Of a DNA stretch of 64,000 nt, positions 26,201-39,255 are shown in pieces. The stretch's first letter is position 1. The number at the start of each line of letters is the position of its first letter. Both the position numbers and the translations under genes were made by a program. The stretch comes from Takakia lepidozioides (Eukaryota; Plantae; Bryophyta): NCBI GenBank assembly GCA_030704615.1, contig CM060733.1:52018001-52082000 (forward strand), read 5' to 3'. The notes under the pieces are model-generated. The model was not told the origin of the DNA. It searched no databases and was given only the letters and a program-made list of their open reading frames with translations.

Positions 26201-29200
26201 CTCGTTTTCACATGCGATGTCTTCGTCCCTCTGCAGAATGATGTGTGAAAGTCAGAATGAAATTCAAGAACCGACAACAGAGGATCGGAACCAAAGAAGC
26301 ACGGAACCACAACAGAAACATGTAGAATGAGAAACCAACAGGTTCACATCATTCATTGCCGTCAGAAGACCCATCATGTTTCCATCACAATCCAGCACCA
26401 TCATTTGAACACAGTAGTGCCACTCTTCCTCTTGTGAGTGCAGCCTCCTAATGACAGCCATCCATGCAAGCAACCAGTGGTTGCCATCCCATACATGAAA
26501 CATCTTCCCTGAGAATGCTTGCGTCGAAGGTTTCCTGGAGAGAAGAAGTTTGAAGGATTCGTTCACCTGTCTCCAAATGGGATCCCAAGAGTCCACGATT
26601 GACTCATCCACAAAGAGCTCATTGCCTCTGGAATCCCTAGTAGAAACGTAAAAGACTGCGGATCCATCCAAATACCCATGAACAAACTCGGCCTCCAGCT
26701 TCTGGATGTCCTTGATGAGGGGTGGACGAACGACGGGCATGGAAACCAACCTACACAGGGGAATCTTCAACCTCCCACCCGGGGCAAGCATACTTTGCAC
26801 CACAAGCTGCGAATTTACCTTCTGACCCCCCAACATCTCCGCGGCTTTGCTTTCAAAGAACTCATCGTCCACATCACCAATGATCTCCTTTTCCTGCCCT
26901 GAAGGGTTCTCATCCTCCACCCTTTGCATCTTCTCCTGCAGGGATGCACATTCAAATTGACATAAGAGAGAGGCCAGAAACAATGTGCGGTGCCGAACAT
27001 TGTACAGAGCTTCGAACACATCCCTTTTTCTGTGTTTTCACAAAGTTTCAAATGTGCTTCAAAGTTTCAAAAAGTTTCAAGTTGGCTTCCTATTACATCA
27101 AAACATATCATAGTACAGGAGCACAAAGAGTGTGCGGCACTGCACACTGTTCCGTGCTGCCATTTCACCTTCATGGAAGTTTGAGGAACAAGGCATGGTT
27201 CACACTTCTCAACCCCCAAATGAAGAGAGGGGCAAGAAACAGTATGTGGTGCCACACTTTGTTTCTTTCTTCCATTTCTCTGTTTAAAGCAAGAGAGACA
27301 ACTGAATGGGTTCATTCCAAACAGAAAAAGAACACTTGACAGGGGTTTCAAAAAATGTACCCCAGAGTGACTCTTCAATGCTAACAGGTTGATTGAAGCC
27401 TGACAGACAAAGTTGGGTGAATAAAATACAAAGGGGCTGAGATAGTGTGCGGTGCCGCACACTGTTTGAAGCTGCCATTTCAAGCCTGATAAAAACACGT
27501 GAAGATCCAAAGTTCCAACCAAAAGAGAGACATCCAGGGGGGCAGAAACAGTGTGTGGCACCGCACACTGTTTCGAGATGCCATTTTGCACTCATTGTAG
27601 CCTGTCTCAAACAGGGGAATGGACACCTTTCCAAGCAAAAGAAATCGTTCCAGGGGATCTCTAACTGTTTCGTGAAGCCATTTTTCCCATATTCCCCTAT
27701 TCCGTGCTTCCATTTAGGTGTGTTTGATACATGACAGACTGGCCTGGTGTGGTACATTTTGACTTTAAAAAAAACAAAGAAGAGGGGCACAAACAGTGTG
27801 CGGTGCCACACACTATTTGGTGCTTCGAATTAGGTGTGTTTGATACATGACAGACTAGCCTTGTGTGGTACATTTTGACATTAAAAAAAAACAAAGAAGA
27901 GGGGCACAAACACTGTGCGGTGCCGCACATTGTTTGGTGCTTCAAATTAGGTGTGTTTGGTACCTGGCAGACACAGCTGGTGTAGTACATTTTGACATAA
28001 AATAAAAACAAAGAAGAGGGGCACAAACAGTGTGCGGTGCCGCACACTGTTTGGTGCTTCAAATTAGGTGTGTTTGATACCTGCAAGACACTCATGGAGT
28101 GGAACATTTTCACATAAAAAACAAACAAAGAAGAGGGGCACAAACAGCGTGCGGTGCCGCAACTGTTTCGTGCTTCCATCTAGGTGTGTTTGATACATGA
28201 CAGACTGGCCTGCTGTGGTACATTTTGACATTAAAAAAACAAAAGAAGAGGGGCACAAACAGTGTGCGGTGCCGGACACTGTTTGTTTCTTCAAAATAGG
28301 TGTGTTTGGTACCTGGTAGACACTGCTGGTGTGGTACATTTTGAAATTTAAAAAAAAACAAAGAAGAGGGGCACAAACAGTGTGCGGTGTCGCACATTGT
28401 TTGGTGCTTCAAATTAGGTGTGTTTGGTACCTGGCAGACACTGCTGGTGTGGTACATTTTGACATTAAAAAAAAACAAAGAAGAGGGGCACAAACAGTGT
28501 GCGGTGCCGCACACTGTTTGGTGCTTCAAGTTAGGTGTGTTTGATACCTGCAAGACACTCATGGAGTGGAACATTTTCACATCAAAAACAAGCAAAGAAG
28601 AGGGGCACAAACAGTGTGCGGTGCCGCACACTGTTTCGTGCTTCCATCTACGTGTGTTTGATACATGACAGACTGGCCTTGTGTGGTACAATTTGACATA
28701 AAAAAAAACCAAAGAAGAGGGGCACAAACAGTGTGCGGTGCCGCACACTGTTTGGTGCTTCAAATTAGGTGTGTTTGGTACCTAGCAGTCACTACTGGTA
28801 CATTTTGACATAAAAAAAAGAAAAAAGAAGAGGGGCACAAACAGTGTGCGGTGCCGCACACTGTTTCGTGCTTTCCATCTAGGTGTGTTTGATACCTGCA
28901 AGACACTCATGGAGTGGAGCATTTTCACTAATAAACAAGCAAAGAAAAGGGGCACAAACAGTGTGTGGTGCCGCACACTGTTTCGTGCTTCCATCTAGGT
29001 GTGTTTGATACATGACAGACTGGCCTGCTGTGGTACATTTCGACATCAAAAACAAGCAAAGAAGTGGGGCACAAACAGTGTGTGGTGCCGCACACTATTT
29101 GGTGCTTCGAATTAGGTGTGTTTGGTACCTGGAAGACACTATTGGTGTGGTACTTTTTGACATAAAAAAAAAACAAAGAAGAGGGGAACAAACAGTGTGC

Positions 29201-30156
29201 AGTGCCGCACACTGTTTGGTGCTTCAAAATAGGTGTATTTGGTACCTGGCAGACACTCCTGGATTGGAGCATTTTCACATCAAAAAACAACAAAGAAGAG
29301 GGGCACAAACAGTGTGCGGAGCCGCACACTGTTTCGTGCTTCCATTTTTCTATGTTTGAAGTTCTGGAGAATGGATATAGATAGTGACATCTCACAACCA
29401 GCAAACCCTAAACAACTTTCAAGACCTGCAGCAACAGTGTGCGGTACCGCACAGTGGTTTGAGCTTGCACATATTTCAGCTTGCCACCGAACCAATTTGA
29501 AGGGCCAGAAACAGTGTGCAGTGGCGCACACTGCTTCAAGCTTCCATCTCACTCCAAAATTCATACTTTCAGAGGGGAGACAGCCAGTGTGCGGCACCGC
29601 ACACTCTCTCCTGCATCCACAATCCTCTGCATACACACGGAGCATACAGAGTGTGCAACACCGCACACTGAGCCAGCATAACATGAAGCAAAACAAAAGG
29701 TAGCAGTGAACAACACTTGTACCTTTCTTTGCGCTGCGTTGGATGTCTCTCCAATCGCAGGAGACCCTTTGCGCTTGGGATTGTTATCTACGCCGAGCAT
29801 GTTCTGGAGCATCTCCTCCATCCTCTTTTCCACAATCTATTTTTTCATGAGGCCAGCATCAATATCCTCTTCCGCGTCCGCCTCTCCCTCGGATGCAGTC
29901 TCCTCCTCACCCGTTCTCAGCAGTATAGGGGCTGTTGTTCCTCTCCAAAATCCTGCTCTTGCATCCCCAATCTTTCCTCATTGCCCTCTTCTTCCTCCTT
30001 TCCCTCTTCGTCTACTCTTTCCCGGTAAAGTACAGTGACTTCCTTCTCTTCTTCCTCCGGTGGAAGAAACACTCCCCACGCTGCCTCTAGAGGTCTCCAG
30101 TTTGACGTTTGCAACAATGGTTGCTTTGGCATGTATCGAAAATACAATTTGGACAT
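23275..30156 (-). pseudogene. Element A ParB/Srx-like domain + beta-class N6A/N4C DNA methyltransferase-like fusion gene (spliced, disrupted)
   Basis: LKIPLCRL..GKMFHVWDGNHW (26474-26488; W plausibly from CGG>TGG); motif IV-like LIILDIPDG (24901-24912); RSPAFIQTIVECCT..RVLDLSMGTG, intron 24114-24229, then ALYHACKANARHLFGIEKDDEIY. An in-frame phase-0 intron spans 26936-29722 (AAQRK|EKMQR). Gene ends are approximate. Confidence 0.8.
27700..29345. repeat. Tandem array of ~14 x 117-bp units, each with the 24-bp palindrome ACAGTGTGCGG-NN-CCGCACACTGT; ~11 more dispersed copies over 25820-29671
   Basis: Palindromes start at ~27793, 27910, 28027, 28144, 28259, 28377, 28494, 28611, 28728, 28841, 28958, 29075, 29192 and 29309; the array lies inside intron 26936-29722. 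Confidence 0.95.
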
Positions 30157-30929
30157 TGTTAACCGTATTTGGATGCGGGTGTCATTATTATGTACGAACG
30201 GAATTCATCCATTTCTCCGCCTCTCAATCACCCAAAAAACTAAGTGGTGGCATGTCAATTGCCGTTCTGTCTACTTGTGGGATATATCATATGTACTTTG
30301 CCGGCTGCCAGTATACGAAAGGCTTTTTGCATTCATGGAAATTGAGAAGTGTCGTAAAAAACTGTCGCAAGTCGAATTTTGAACAGTACTTGCACATTGG
30401 CAATAATTGTGATGCTTCACATATGCATCCACGTATGTTATACTGCCTATCCTGCGATTTACATTTCGCCGTCGCTGGCACAATGCAGTGATTTTGGTAT
30501 AAAGTTTGGTGTCGGCAATCGTAATGTGTTGCGCACCTTCGTGTGAAGTGTCCCCCTGAGTGTCATAATGGATGGCTTCATATCCTGTGGAGGGTTTGAT
30601 TTTCATCCAAACACAATACGGCTTCTTGTGGCTTCTTGTCTTTGAAGACAGTTTTTCCAGTTGGTGTCTCTCAGTGTGGCTGACTGCGGAGTTCGGTGCA
30701 AACTTTCGCCGTGCATGTCATCATTTCATAAAATTGTAAACCCCAAAATCCGTTGCGTACATCGCTCGCAGTCATTTGGGACTGTGCTACCCTTATTCAC
30801 CTCAGTTCGTTTGAGGTGGATCCCCTCTCGAAAATTACGGGCTATCAGTTCGGGGACCCTTTGTTGGTTCAGTCTAGGAAAACATGTCCAGGGAGGGAGA
30901 CAGACTCACTCCATTTCATTCCAATGCAG

Positions 30930-32277
30930 GTAGTCTTCCACTGACTGCCACTACAGATGAGGATGGGTTTGCAGTTGTTCATGAGGATGAGCTGGTTACA
31001 GTGTTCCCTTTGGAATTGGGTTCTCTGCTTGTTCAAAAAGAGGTGTATGACGAGGATGGGAATTTGGATTCTGGGCACTTGCAGAAACCATGGTTGGCGA
31101 GTGTGGGAGGAAGTGGAGAGTCCTCCTAGGTAGATACCGGGTCCTTGGAAAAGAGAGAAGACAATCAGCAGGATCAGTAGTTACCCCTGGCACTGCAGCA
31201 TCGGTCGTGCAGCAAAAGGGCACAATTCATGTGAAACAAGAGGTGAGCACATCCACTACATTCGTGACTCTTTCAGACTCATCTTCGGAGGATGTTTATG
31301 AGATTCCTCCGCCAGTCCAGACTCCATTCTTGGATGATGACAAATTGCAGGAGATAACGAGTGTCATTTCGAAATTGAAAGCCCTTGCAGGGGTGCCTGG
31401 GTGCAAGAGCGAGCTGCGTTTTGTTGATTGGGAGTACCTTCGGGTGCAGCGGGTTCAATATGTGCCAACAGAGTTTGATGGGGACATTTTATTTGAGCTC
31501 AACCCTCCCACGTCTTCCAGTGGACTTGCTGGGCTTCTACAGGGCATGGACAAGAAACATGACGGACACCCTTGGTGCAGGACAAAAACATTGAACATCC
31601 ACAACGACATTGGATTGAAATTTCGAAGGTCGGTTTGCGTTGGACATTGCAAGTGTGTGAATACTTCTTGCCCTCGCCTGAGAAACAGCTCTAAATCAAA
31701 CGAAAAACACATACTGGGTGAAGGGGATGCGACACAACCAATGCTGGATGCAGATTTGCTTGATGCAGTGATGGACCATTTCTCCGTGTTGAGCTCTCCC
31801 AATATTCGAAACCAGGTGAATGCACTCAGAATATGCACAGGCAATACTGGATTCATTGACAACATTATGGACCTCAAATGGAGGAGTCGCTATGAATTCA
31901 TTCAAAACAGTATCTTCCCTAGGTCCAAGGTGTATTTGTTCAAGATGTCCACAGTGGGCGAAGGCAGTTGTGTGAGCATTGTTCGCCGAATGTAACCTGG
32001 AGGAGATTTGGCGAAATGTTGGTTAATGTTTGATCACTGCAAACGGGTGAAGGGTTGGACAACCATGGCGTGCCATATGTACAATCAAGTGTACCAGCGT
32101 GTGCTCTCCATAGCAATTTGTGATATGTAGCCGGAAGACACTGAATCCCAAATTCTCATGTGGAATTCTCTCCTGGCCATCATGCAACACAATGGAATGC
32201 AAAACACAAATTTTTGCAGGGTTCATGGCTGATAGTGCACAGACAAATTTCAATGCAGTGCAGCGAGTCTTTGGATC
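30930..32277 (+). pseudogene. Element A transposase, 5' part (GCM/WRKY-like Zn domain and first two catalytic Asp)
   Basis: MDKKHDGHPWCRTKT..RRSVCVGHCKC; WLMFDHCKRV (Asp1); GFMADSAQTNFNAVQRVFG (Asp2). Contains stops, a frameshift and an internal deletion relative to B; interrupted by B. Confidence 0.85.
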
Positions 32278-33130
32278 GAGGTTTACTATTTCATGAGCAG
32301 AAACCATGAGCCATGAGCCATGAGCCACATGAGCCGCATGAGCGGTGAGCCGAAGTCTAAGACACGCGGATTTCATGAGCGGACTCCTCCAAATTTGGAA
32401 ATGCGGCAGATTAAACAAGTATTAGAATAATAGTTTTTTATTTGACCTTGCCGTTTTTGGAAGTTCCACATCCTGTAATGCGGCGAAGATATGTCGTCAG
32501 TAACAAGTCTGCTCATGGTTTTTTAGATCCGCTCATGGAAATGAGTGACCGTGCAACGAGAAATCCAGTATACCACGGCAAAAGGACGTCGCATACTGGC
32601 CTGTATAGAGTATTCCGCGGATTTACATGCCTTAACATTGGAATGAAGGTGACCCTTTTGCCGCGATTGAACCAATAGAGTCTGCACCAATAGAGTCTGC
32701 AGTACTTCACAATTCTGTCAGCTTCGGGTATTCGGCGGGAAATGTTTGCGACTCAACAGGGAAATGCGGTGCCGCATTAGGGTTCGCATGTGCAAAATTT
32801 CTGGGCGGTTTGGTGTTGGCGAAGGCTGCATCTACCAGTACCTACGACGTTACTTGGAAATGCGGCGCCGCATCTCCTTGCCGGGGGTCGAATGAGGAAA
32901 GCAAAGTTTGGGAGAGCAGAAAAACAGGAACCCTCCAACACACAAAAATACATGCACGTGGAAACACAAGTAAATGACATAGTATTATCTTAGTTCGAGC
33001 AAAACAGGTTACTGGTAGGCAAGACATAAGTCGGACCTTTCTGTGGCCAGAGTCAGAGCTACTTGCAGCAGTACAGTTCTACTATCCGAAAAGGATGGGC
33101 GTACCATTGTGTTGGGACCGCAAGCCAAGC

Positions 33131-36100
33131 TCACTGGTCCCCTGGATCCATATTCAGAAGAGTGTGCACCTCTTGGGGGCTCCACCCTGGTGCATGTATA
33201 AAGTGATGAGTTGTGGAATTACACCGGAGTCTCTTTAGGTACATGTAGTACAAATGCTTGCAAGGGCAGTATGATGCCCCCTTGTTCGCCATGATCTGGA
33301 AGTCGGTGCAATTGTAGGTGGGTAATTCTGAAATGGTGATGGTGTACACCTCATTGCGAACAGCTGAGCCTGCCGTGGCCATCTGATACACACGCCCGAA
33401 GCCTGGTGGGGGCACTTCTGTTGAGCTCTGGATTGTACAGTTCATCTGAAGTGCATTCCCCATCCTTGTCTCGTTCACTTTTGAGGGAGGTCGCCGCCTC
33501 TTCGGTTTCCTCCAACGGTGTGTAGGATGCTTAGAGCTGTCGCGTCCCATTGTTCTTGCTCTCACAGGGGTCGGTGGTGGAGGCTGTGGAAGCGGAAATG
33601 GTTGTCTGGGGACGTCAATGCGCTGCACCATCCGAAATCCTGCGGCAGTAAGGGCGTCGGCCTCAACCTAACTCAGATCGCAGCCTGGTTCCACCGGCCA
33701 CACCGGGGGAGCCTCTGGCATTGTTTGTATGCCGTACTTGGGCTTTCCATACACGCAAGTCATAATGTTGTGCCTGCAGAACTAGAACTGGGTGGTTGTC
33801 GCCTTCGCAAACTTTGCATGGACAAATCTTCTTGTAAAAGTAGGAGCAGAGACAGCCCCGTCTGGATTCCTCCTTATCATCTCTAAACAACGTTGCCGTG
33901 TATCCACTCGAATTGCGAAACACCTGCCTCGAAACGACGGCTTTGTGCGAGCAATTCTCCACTGTGACGCAAACACAGTCGTCTCCACAATGGCTTGGCC
34001 ATACTGCATAACAACGCGCGGAATCTGGGGCAAGCGAGCGGTGGGAATTTCTCGCACGGAATCCCCGCTTGAAGGCGATGGTGATCTGGAATTTCTTGGG
34101 CTTCCACTGCTGGAAGACACATTGTGCGGCAACATGACGGGACCTCGAGGTGCTGTCCGAATGTTCCTATCGGATCTCCAGGAATCCTCTTTGCACTCGG
34201 GTTCCTCTTCAATCCTCCGCCTCACAGGGCGAGTACGGACGTCCCCCTCTTGGTGTTCACCTCTGCGGTGCAGAGGCGTCCCTTTGATCTTCTCTCGCAA
34301 TGTTGTCGCCCATTTAAGTGGATTCTTCGACCTCGAAGCTGTTCGTACCAACAATTCCTCCCTGTCCGGCCCAAAGTCCCATTGTTTCCCGCTCAGAAAC
34401 TTGTAGTACGTGGCTTGCTGCATGATTGCTCTATCGATGTCCTCCGTCGTGGCTGTCACTACGTCCACCAGATGTGCGACAGAAAACGCTTGCCAGGAGG
34501 ATTGGACTGATTCTGCCATATTCGTGTTCGGCATGTCCGTGTCGGAATCCAAGCACCGCTCCTACAAGGACACAAACAATGGTGAGGGACCAATGGAAAG
34601 GTCCGTAATAGAAAGACAATTGCATGAAAATGACAACATCATACCTCCCGCATGTACTGTCTGAACTGTCGATACCGGAAATGCCACCACCCCAACCAGC
34701 TGTGCAAGGCTCCCAGTTGGTTGCCTCCACTGCACCTGACGTGTTCCACCAAGCCTCGATGATAGAAAACTTAACCTCCGCGTCATCAAATGTGGGTGCA
34801 TCCTTCCACGCCGTACAAAGGACGCGGTGTTCAGCCTGGAATGAGCTAGCAACAAATTTGGTAGTGTAGTGAGATAGACTCTGCATCCAATGGAATCCAC
34901 AGGATCTCTCTTTCCCTTCCATTGGAACATTGGGGTCCTCACCGTACACACGCCGCACCGCTGCCCAGTTGGCCTGAGCGTTGTCTGCCATGAATCCCCT
35001 GAAATTGGGCTCTGGCAAACCCGCCCTTGCCATCTGCTCGTTTATGCCCTCCCACAGATGTATCTCCGACTGTGTGTCCTCCCCTTTCATCTCGCAGATT
35101 GCAATCGTCATGAGCCTCTTGGAGTGATAGTCATAAACATGCGCACCCATAGTCACCCACTGATGGTTTGTAATTTGCTTGATGTGATCAAACATCACCC
35201 AAGCATTCGACAAGTTTCCAGTTGTCATGCGAGTGACCAAGTCGACTCCACTCCTAGGCCCACACGTCGACATTTTAAAAATGTAACAACGATCGGATTC
35301 GCTGCCTTGCCCTGGAAACCTGCTGCCTTGGATGTAGTCATATCCAGTCATTCGTTTCACCTCCAGGATTGAGTGCATGTCCGACCCCCGGCCGAACTCC
35401 TACTTGCAAGATACGATGTGATTCCGCACATTCGGACTACAAACGTGCGAGACGGACTCCAACAGGTCAAGCATCTCCTCTTCGTTCAAGGGCACTCGGT
35501 CTGAACCATCTTTAGACATGATTTTGCCAAGAGCAATCTTGTGGGCTGCCTTCAGCTGAATTTGCTTTGGTCTGGCTCCAGGGCTCAATTTCATCTCCTC
35601 TTTTATGATGTCATGTGCTTCCTGCACAGCCTCACGCATGTTGCCTCTCACCAAGGGGTGGCAGTGGACCCCAACGTGTATGCAAGCTCTAGTCAAGTCC
35701 AGGAGCAAATGGATTACGTAATATTGCTTGGCTCTGCACATGGACATGCACGTCGGTGGTTCTTTGCAATGTGCGCACTTGAAAGTACCCGCAGGAGATT
35801 GGCTGGAGACAATGAATGGATGATGGGTTGTGCCAGTCCAATCTGTCTCGTTTCTCCGCCCTCCTTTGGAGAGAAAGTGGAAGCAGACGAGATTGAGGCA
35901 CCTCAGCTTCCCCGCACAGAGGACGTATCGTACACGAACACCATCAGCAATTTTCATGCTACTGGTCTTCGTCACACACCAGGGGTGTCCAACATGCTTT
36001 CGATCCATGTCTGTTAACATCCCTGAGGCTTTGTTTGACGAAGTAACAGGTGGAAACTCGAAGATGACATTGCCATCGACTTTGGGAGGCAGATACATTA

Positions 36101-36749
36101 TCTTCCTGACTGGAAATTTGGCATAGTCCAGAGTAGCTAGCTCGGAGCGAGAATCATCAAGGTGATGTTGTCGTAGGAGTTGCACAATGGACCGGGTTGG
36201 AGTTATGCTCGAGGGTACATGCGTAGCACCTGCAGAGACGTCCATGTCGGATTTGAACGACCGTGTGGAGGACATGGGGACCTCAATGCACTCATCTTCC
36301 TCGTCGAAAATGTTGAATACGTCCACATGAGAAGCTATGGAGGGTCTTGACGGTCCAGGTCGGGAATGATTATCGTTGCATACCTCTCTGTTGGCAATGG
36401 CCGCCTGTCGGTTTTCAAACTCCTTTGTGGATGGTATGGGCAGCGACTGATTCAGAAAGGGAATGGGCATTCCCACAGCTCGGTACAGGATGGTGTCTGA
36501 TGGGGGTACGTGCCATTCGATTCCGCAACCTCCGTCGTTACCTAGCACGACAATGGTCTCGTCAACCTGTCCAGGAACATTCTTCCTTTCTTCTTCCAAA
36601 TAAACTGTGCCCGGTTTGAGCTTGAATTTGGAACAAATGTAAGTTTCAGTCACTCTGCAAAGTCCTCCCTCGTTTGGGATCCAGGCTCTCCCAAGTTGCG
36701 GAGGACAACAAACTATAGCGTAGGAATTCGGAGCCATCGAACACCGCAA
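33131..36749 (-). pseudogene. Element B MULE-type transposase: GCM/WRKY-like domain, DDE core, Cys cluster, SWIM
   Basis: GHPWCVTKT..CAGKLRC..CAHC..GVHCHP; WVMFDH; GFMADNAQANW; CGFHW (CxxH); NMAESVQ (Glu); SWIM PTYNCTDF..CPCKH; several frameshifts. Confidence 0.9.
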
Positions 36750-37186
36750 GAAGTTGGCAAATGTGAGGTTCAGTATAGTGACAGACCAAGGCTCACAGGC
36801 ACCATCTAAGTGGATCTGCGGAGTACATCGTAAGAGACCACGTCTGTCACAATGGCCTTGGCTCGCATCACTGAGCCATCTCTAGGATGATTGGAAGTCG
36901 CACATTGAAGTGGAAAGTATTGTTTCAAGCTACATGCATGAAGGTGGGAGGTGTGATTCCATATCCACTAAGTATGACAATGATGGCCAATTCGGCGACG
37001 AAATAACATCTCCTGACAGTTTCTCCTGAGGGTGGATCAACCAGTATTCGCGGTGCAGACATGAACGTTCGCACTAACAAGAGCCAGGACTGTTAGTTAA
37101 AACGGTTAGACAACCAAGTTGTGCTCATTAATACAGGCCGCAATTGTGTTGTTTCGGAACAATGCAACCCATTGCACATGGCTGAA

Positions 37187-38960
37187 TGGGAATGCGGTCC
37201 CGCATCTCAGTTCGACATCATCCTCTCGTTGATTGTGATCGGAAATGCGACACCGCATTTCCGTCAACAGGGAAACCAAAATACTGTGCAACGGAAATGC
37301 GGTACCAAATTTCAGTCCACTGTAAAAACAGACCCATGGTGGAACGGAAATGCGGTATCGCATTTAGGTCCAACGGGACTAGGAACACACGGTAGAAAAT
37401 AATAGCGACAACGCATTGTCATCGACTACGACACTTTGAATAGGCAGGAACGGAAATGCGGTGCCGAATTTCCGTCCGGTCTATTTCAATGGAATCCAGT
37501 GGACGGAAATGAGGTTCCGCATTTCCGTCCGGTGTGCTACTTTCGATTGCTGTTGGACGGAAATACGCGCCGCATTTCCGTTCCACTGTCACATACCGTA
37601 CTTGTTGGACGAAAATGCGGCACCGCATTTCCGTCCGGGGGAAACCTTTATACTCTCCAGAACGGAAATGCGGTGCCGCATTTTCGTCCAACAAGTACGG
37701 TATGTGACAGTGGAACGGAAATGCGGTACCGCTTTTCCGTTCTGATTGAAAATCATGAACCACTGGAACTGAAATGCGGCAGAGCATTTCCGTCCGAGTC
37801 GCACCTTCCGACATTCCACAACGGAAATGAGGCGCCGCATTTCCGTTTTGTATCTCAGGCATGGAGCTGTGGGACGGAAATGCGGCACCGCATTTCCGTC
37901 CGGGTGAGACCTTCATACTCTCCAGAACGGAAATGCGGCACGACATTTCCATTCAACAACTAAGGTATGTGAAGGTGGAACGGGAATGCGGTACCGCATT
38001 TCCGTTCTGATTGAAAATCATGAACCACTGGAACTGAAATGCGGCACAACATTTCCGTCCGAGTCGCACCTTCCGACATTCCACAACGGAAATTCGGCGT
38101 CGCATTTCCGTTTTCTATCTGTGGCATGGAGCTGTGGGAGGGAAATGCGGCACCGCATTTCCGTCCGGGGGAGACCTTCATACTCTCCAGAACGGAAATG
38201 CAGTACCGCATTTCCGTTCTGACTGAAAATCGTGAACCACCGGAACTGAAATGCGGCACCGCATTCCCGTCCGAGTTGCACCTTCCGACATTCCAGAACG
38301 GAAATGCGGTGCCGCATTTCCGTTTTCTATCTCAGGCATGGAGCAGTGGGACGGAAATGCGGCTCCGCATATTTCCGTCCGGGGGAGACCTTCGTACTCT
38401 CCAGAAGGGAAATGCGGTACCGCATTTCCGTTCTGATTGAAAATCGTGAACCACCGGAACTGAAATGCGGCACCGCATTTCCGTTTTGTATCTCAGGCAT
38501 GGAGGTGTGGGACGGAAATGCGGCACCGCATTTCCGTCCGGGGGAGACCTTCATACTCTTCAGAACGGAAATGCGGTACCGCATTTCCGTTCGCACTGAA
38601 AATCGTGAATGACCGGAACTGAAATGCGGCACCGCATTTCCGTCCGAGTCGCACCTTCCGACATTCCAAAGCGGAAATGTGGCGCCGCATTTCCGTTTTG
38701 TATCTCAGGCATGGAACTGTGGGACGGAAATGCGGTGCCGCATTTCCATCCGTGTGAGACCTTCATACTCTCCAGACCGGAAATGCGGCACCGCATTTCC
38801 GTTCAACAACTAAGGTATGTGAAGGTGGAACGGAAATGCGGTGCCGCATTTTCGTCCAACAAGTACGATATGTGGTACTTAACGGAAATGCGGCGCCGCA
38901 TGTGCGTTTTCACTCTAACTCATCAGACGTTGGGACGGAAATGCCATGATATGTGAACAC
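37187..38960. repeat. 53-bp-period array of the 24-bp palindrome CGGAAATGCGG-NN-CCGCATTTCCG (~33 copies) with recurring ~29-bp spacers (higher-order repeat)
   Basis: Copies at 37240, 37292, 37345, 37451, 37504, 37558, 37610, 37663 ... 38831, 38883; about five spacer types recur; located between B's divergent genes. Confidence 0.95.
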
Positions 38961-39255
38961 GTGGACCAACGGAATTGCGGCACCTGTATGTACTCTATCT
39001 GACTGAAGTGGCAGGAGGTGGCGCGGCCTGACCGTTGGTTAGTGATGTTTGTTTTTCGGACGGCAGGCGTACCGTTGACGATTCTAATTTCGTAATGACG
39101 CATAGTCCACGAGGAGACACTTTCATCCAAGCCTTTCGAACCCAAGTGGTGCATCACCGCTGTTTCATCTTCTTTTGTCGTGTCTACTCAGTCACCCCTC
39201 TCACGCTCTTTCCATCTGCACTCTTCGCCCTTTTTCCCTGTCTCTTTTCTTCTTA

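Noticed and set aside
27067-29703. Many overlapping ORFs with CGTAHC / VRHRTL repeats
   Set aside because: Translation artefacts of the palindromic array, found on both strands and inside a predicted intron.
37106-38956. ORFs with EMRCRIS / KCGTAFP / NAAPHF repeats
   Set aside because: Translation artefacts of the element-B palindrome array.
37187-38960. CRISPR array (24-bp palindromic repeat, ~29-bp spacers)
   Set aside because: Spacers recur as a higher-order repeat, no cas genes are present, and the array lies within a TSD-bounded eukaryotic transposon with spliced genes.
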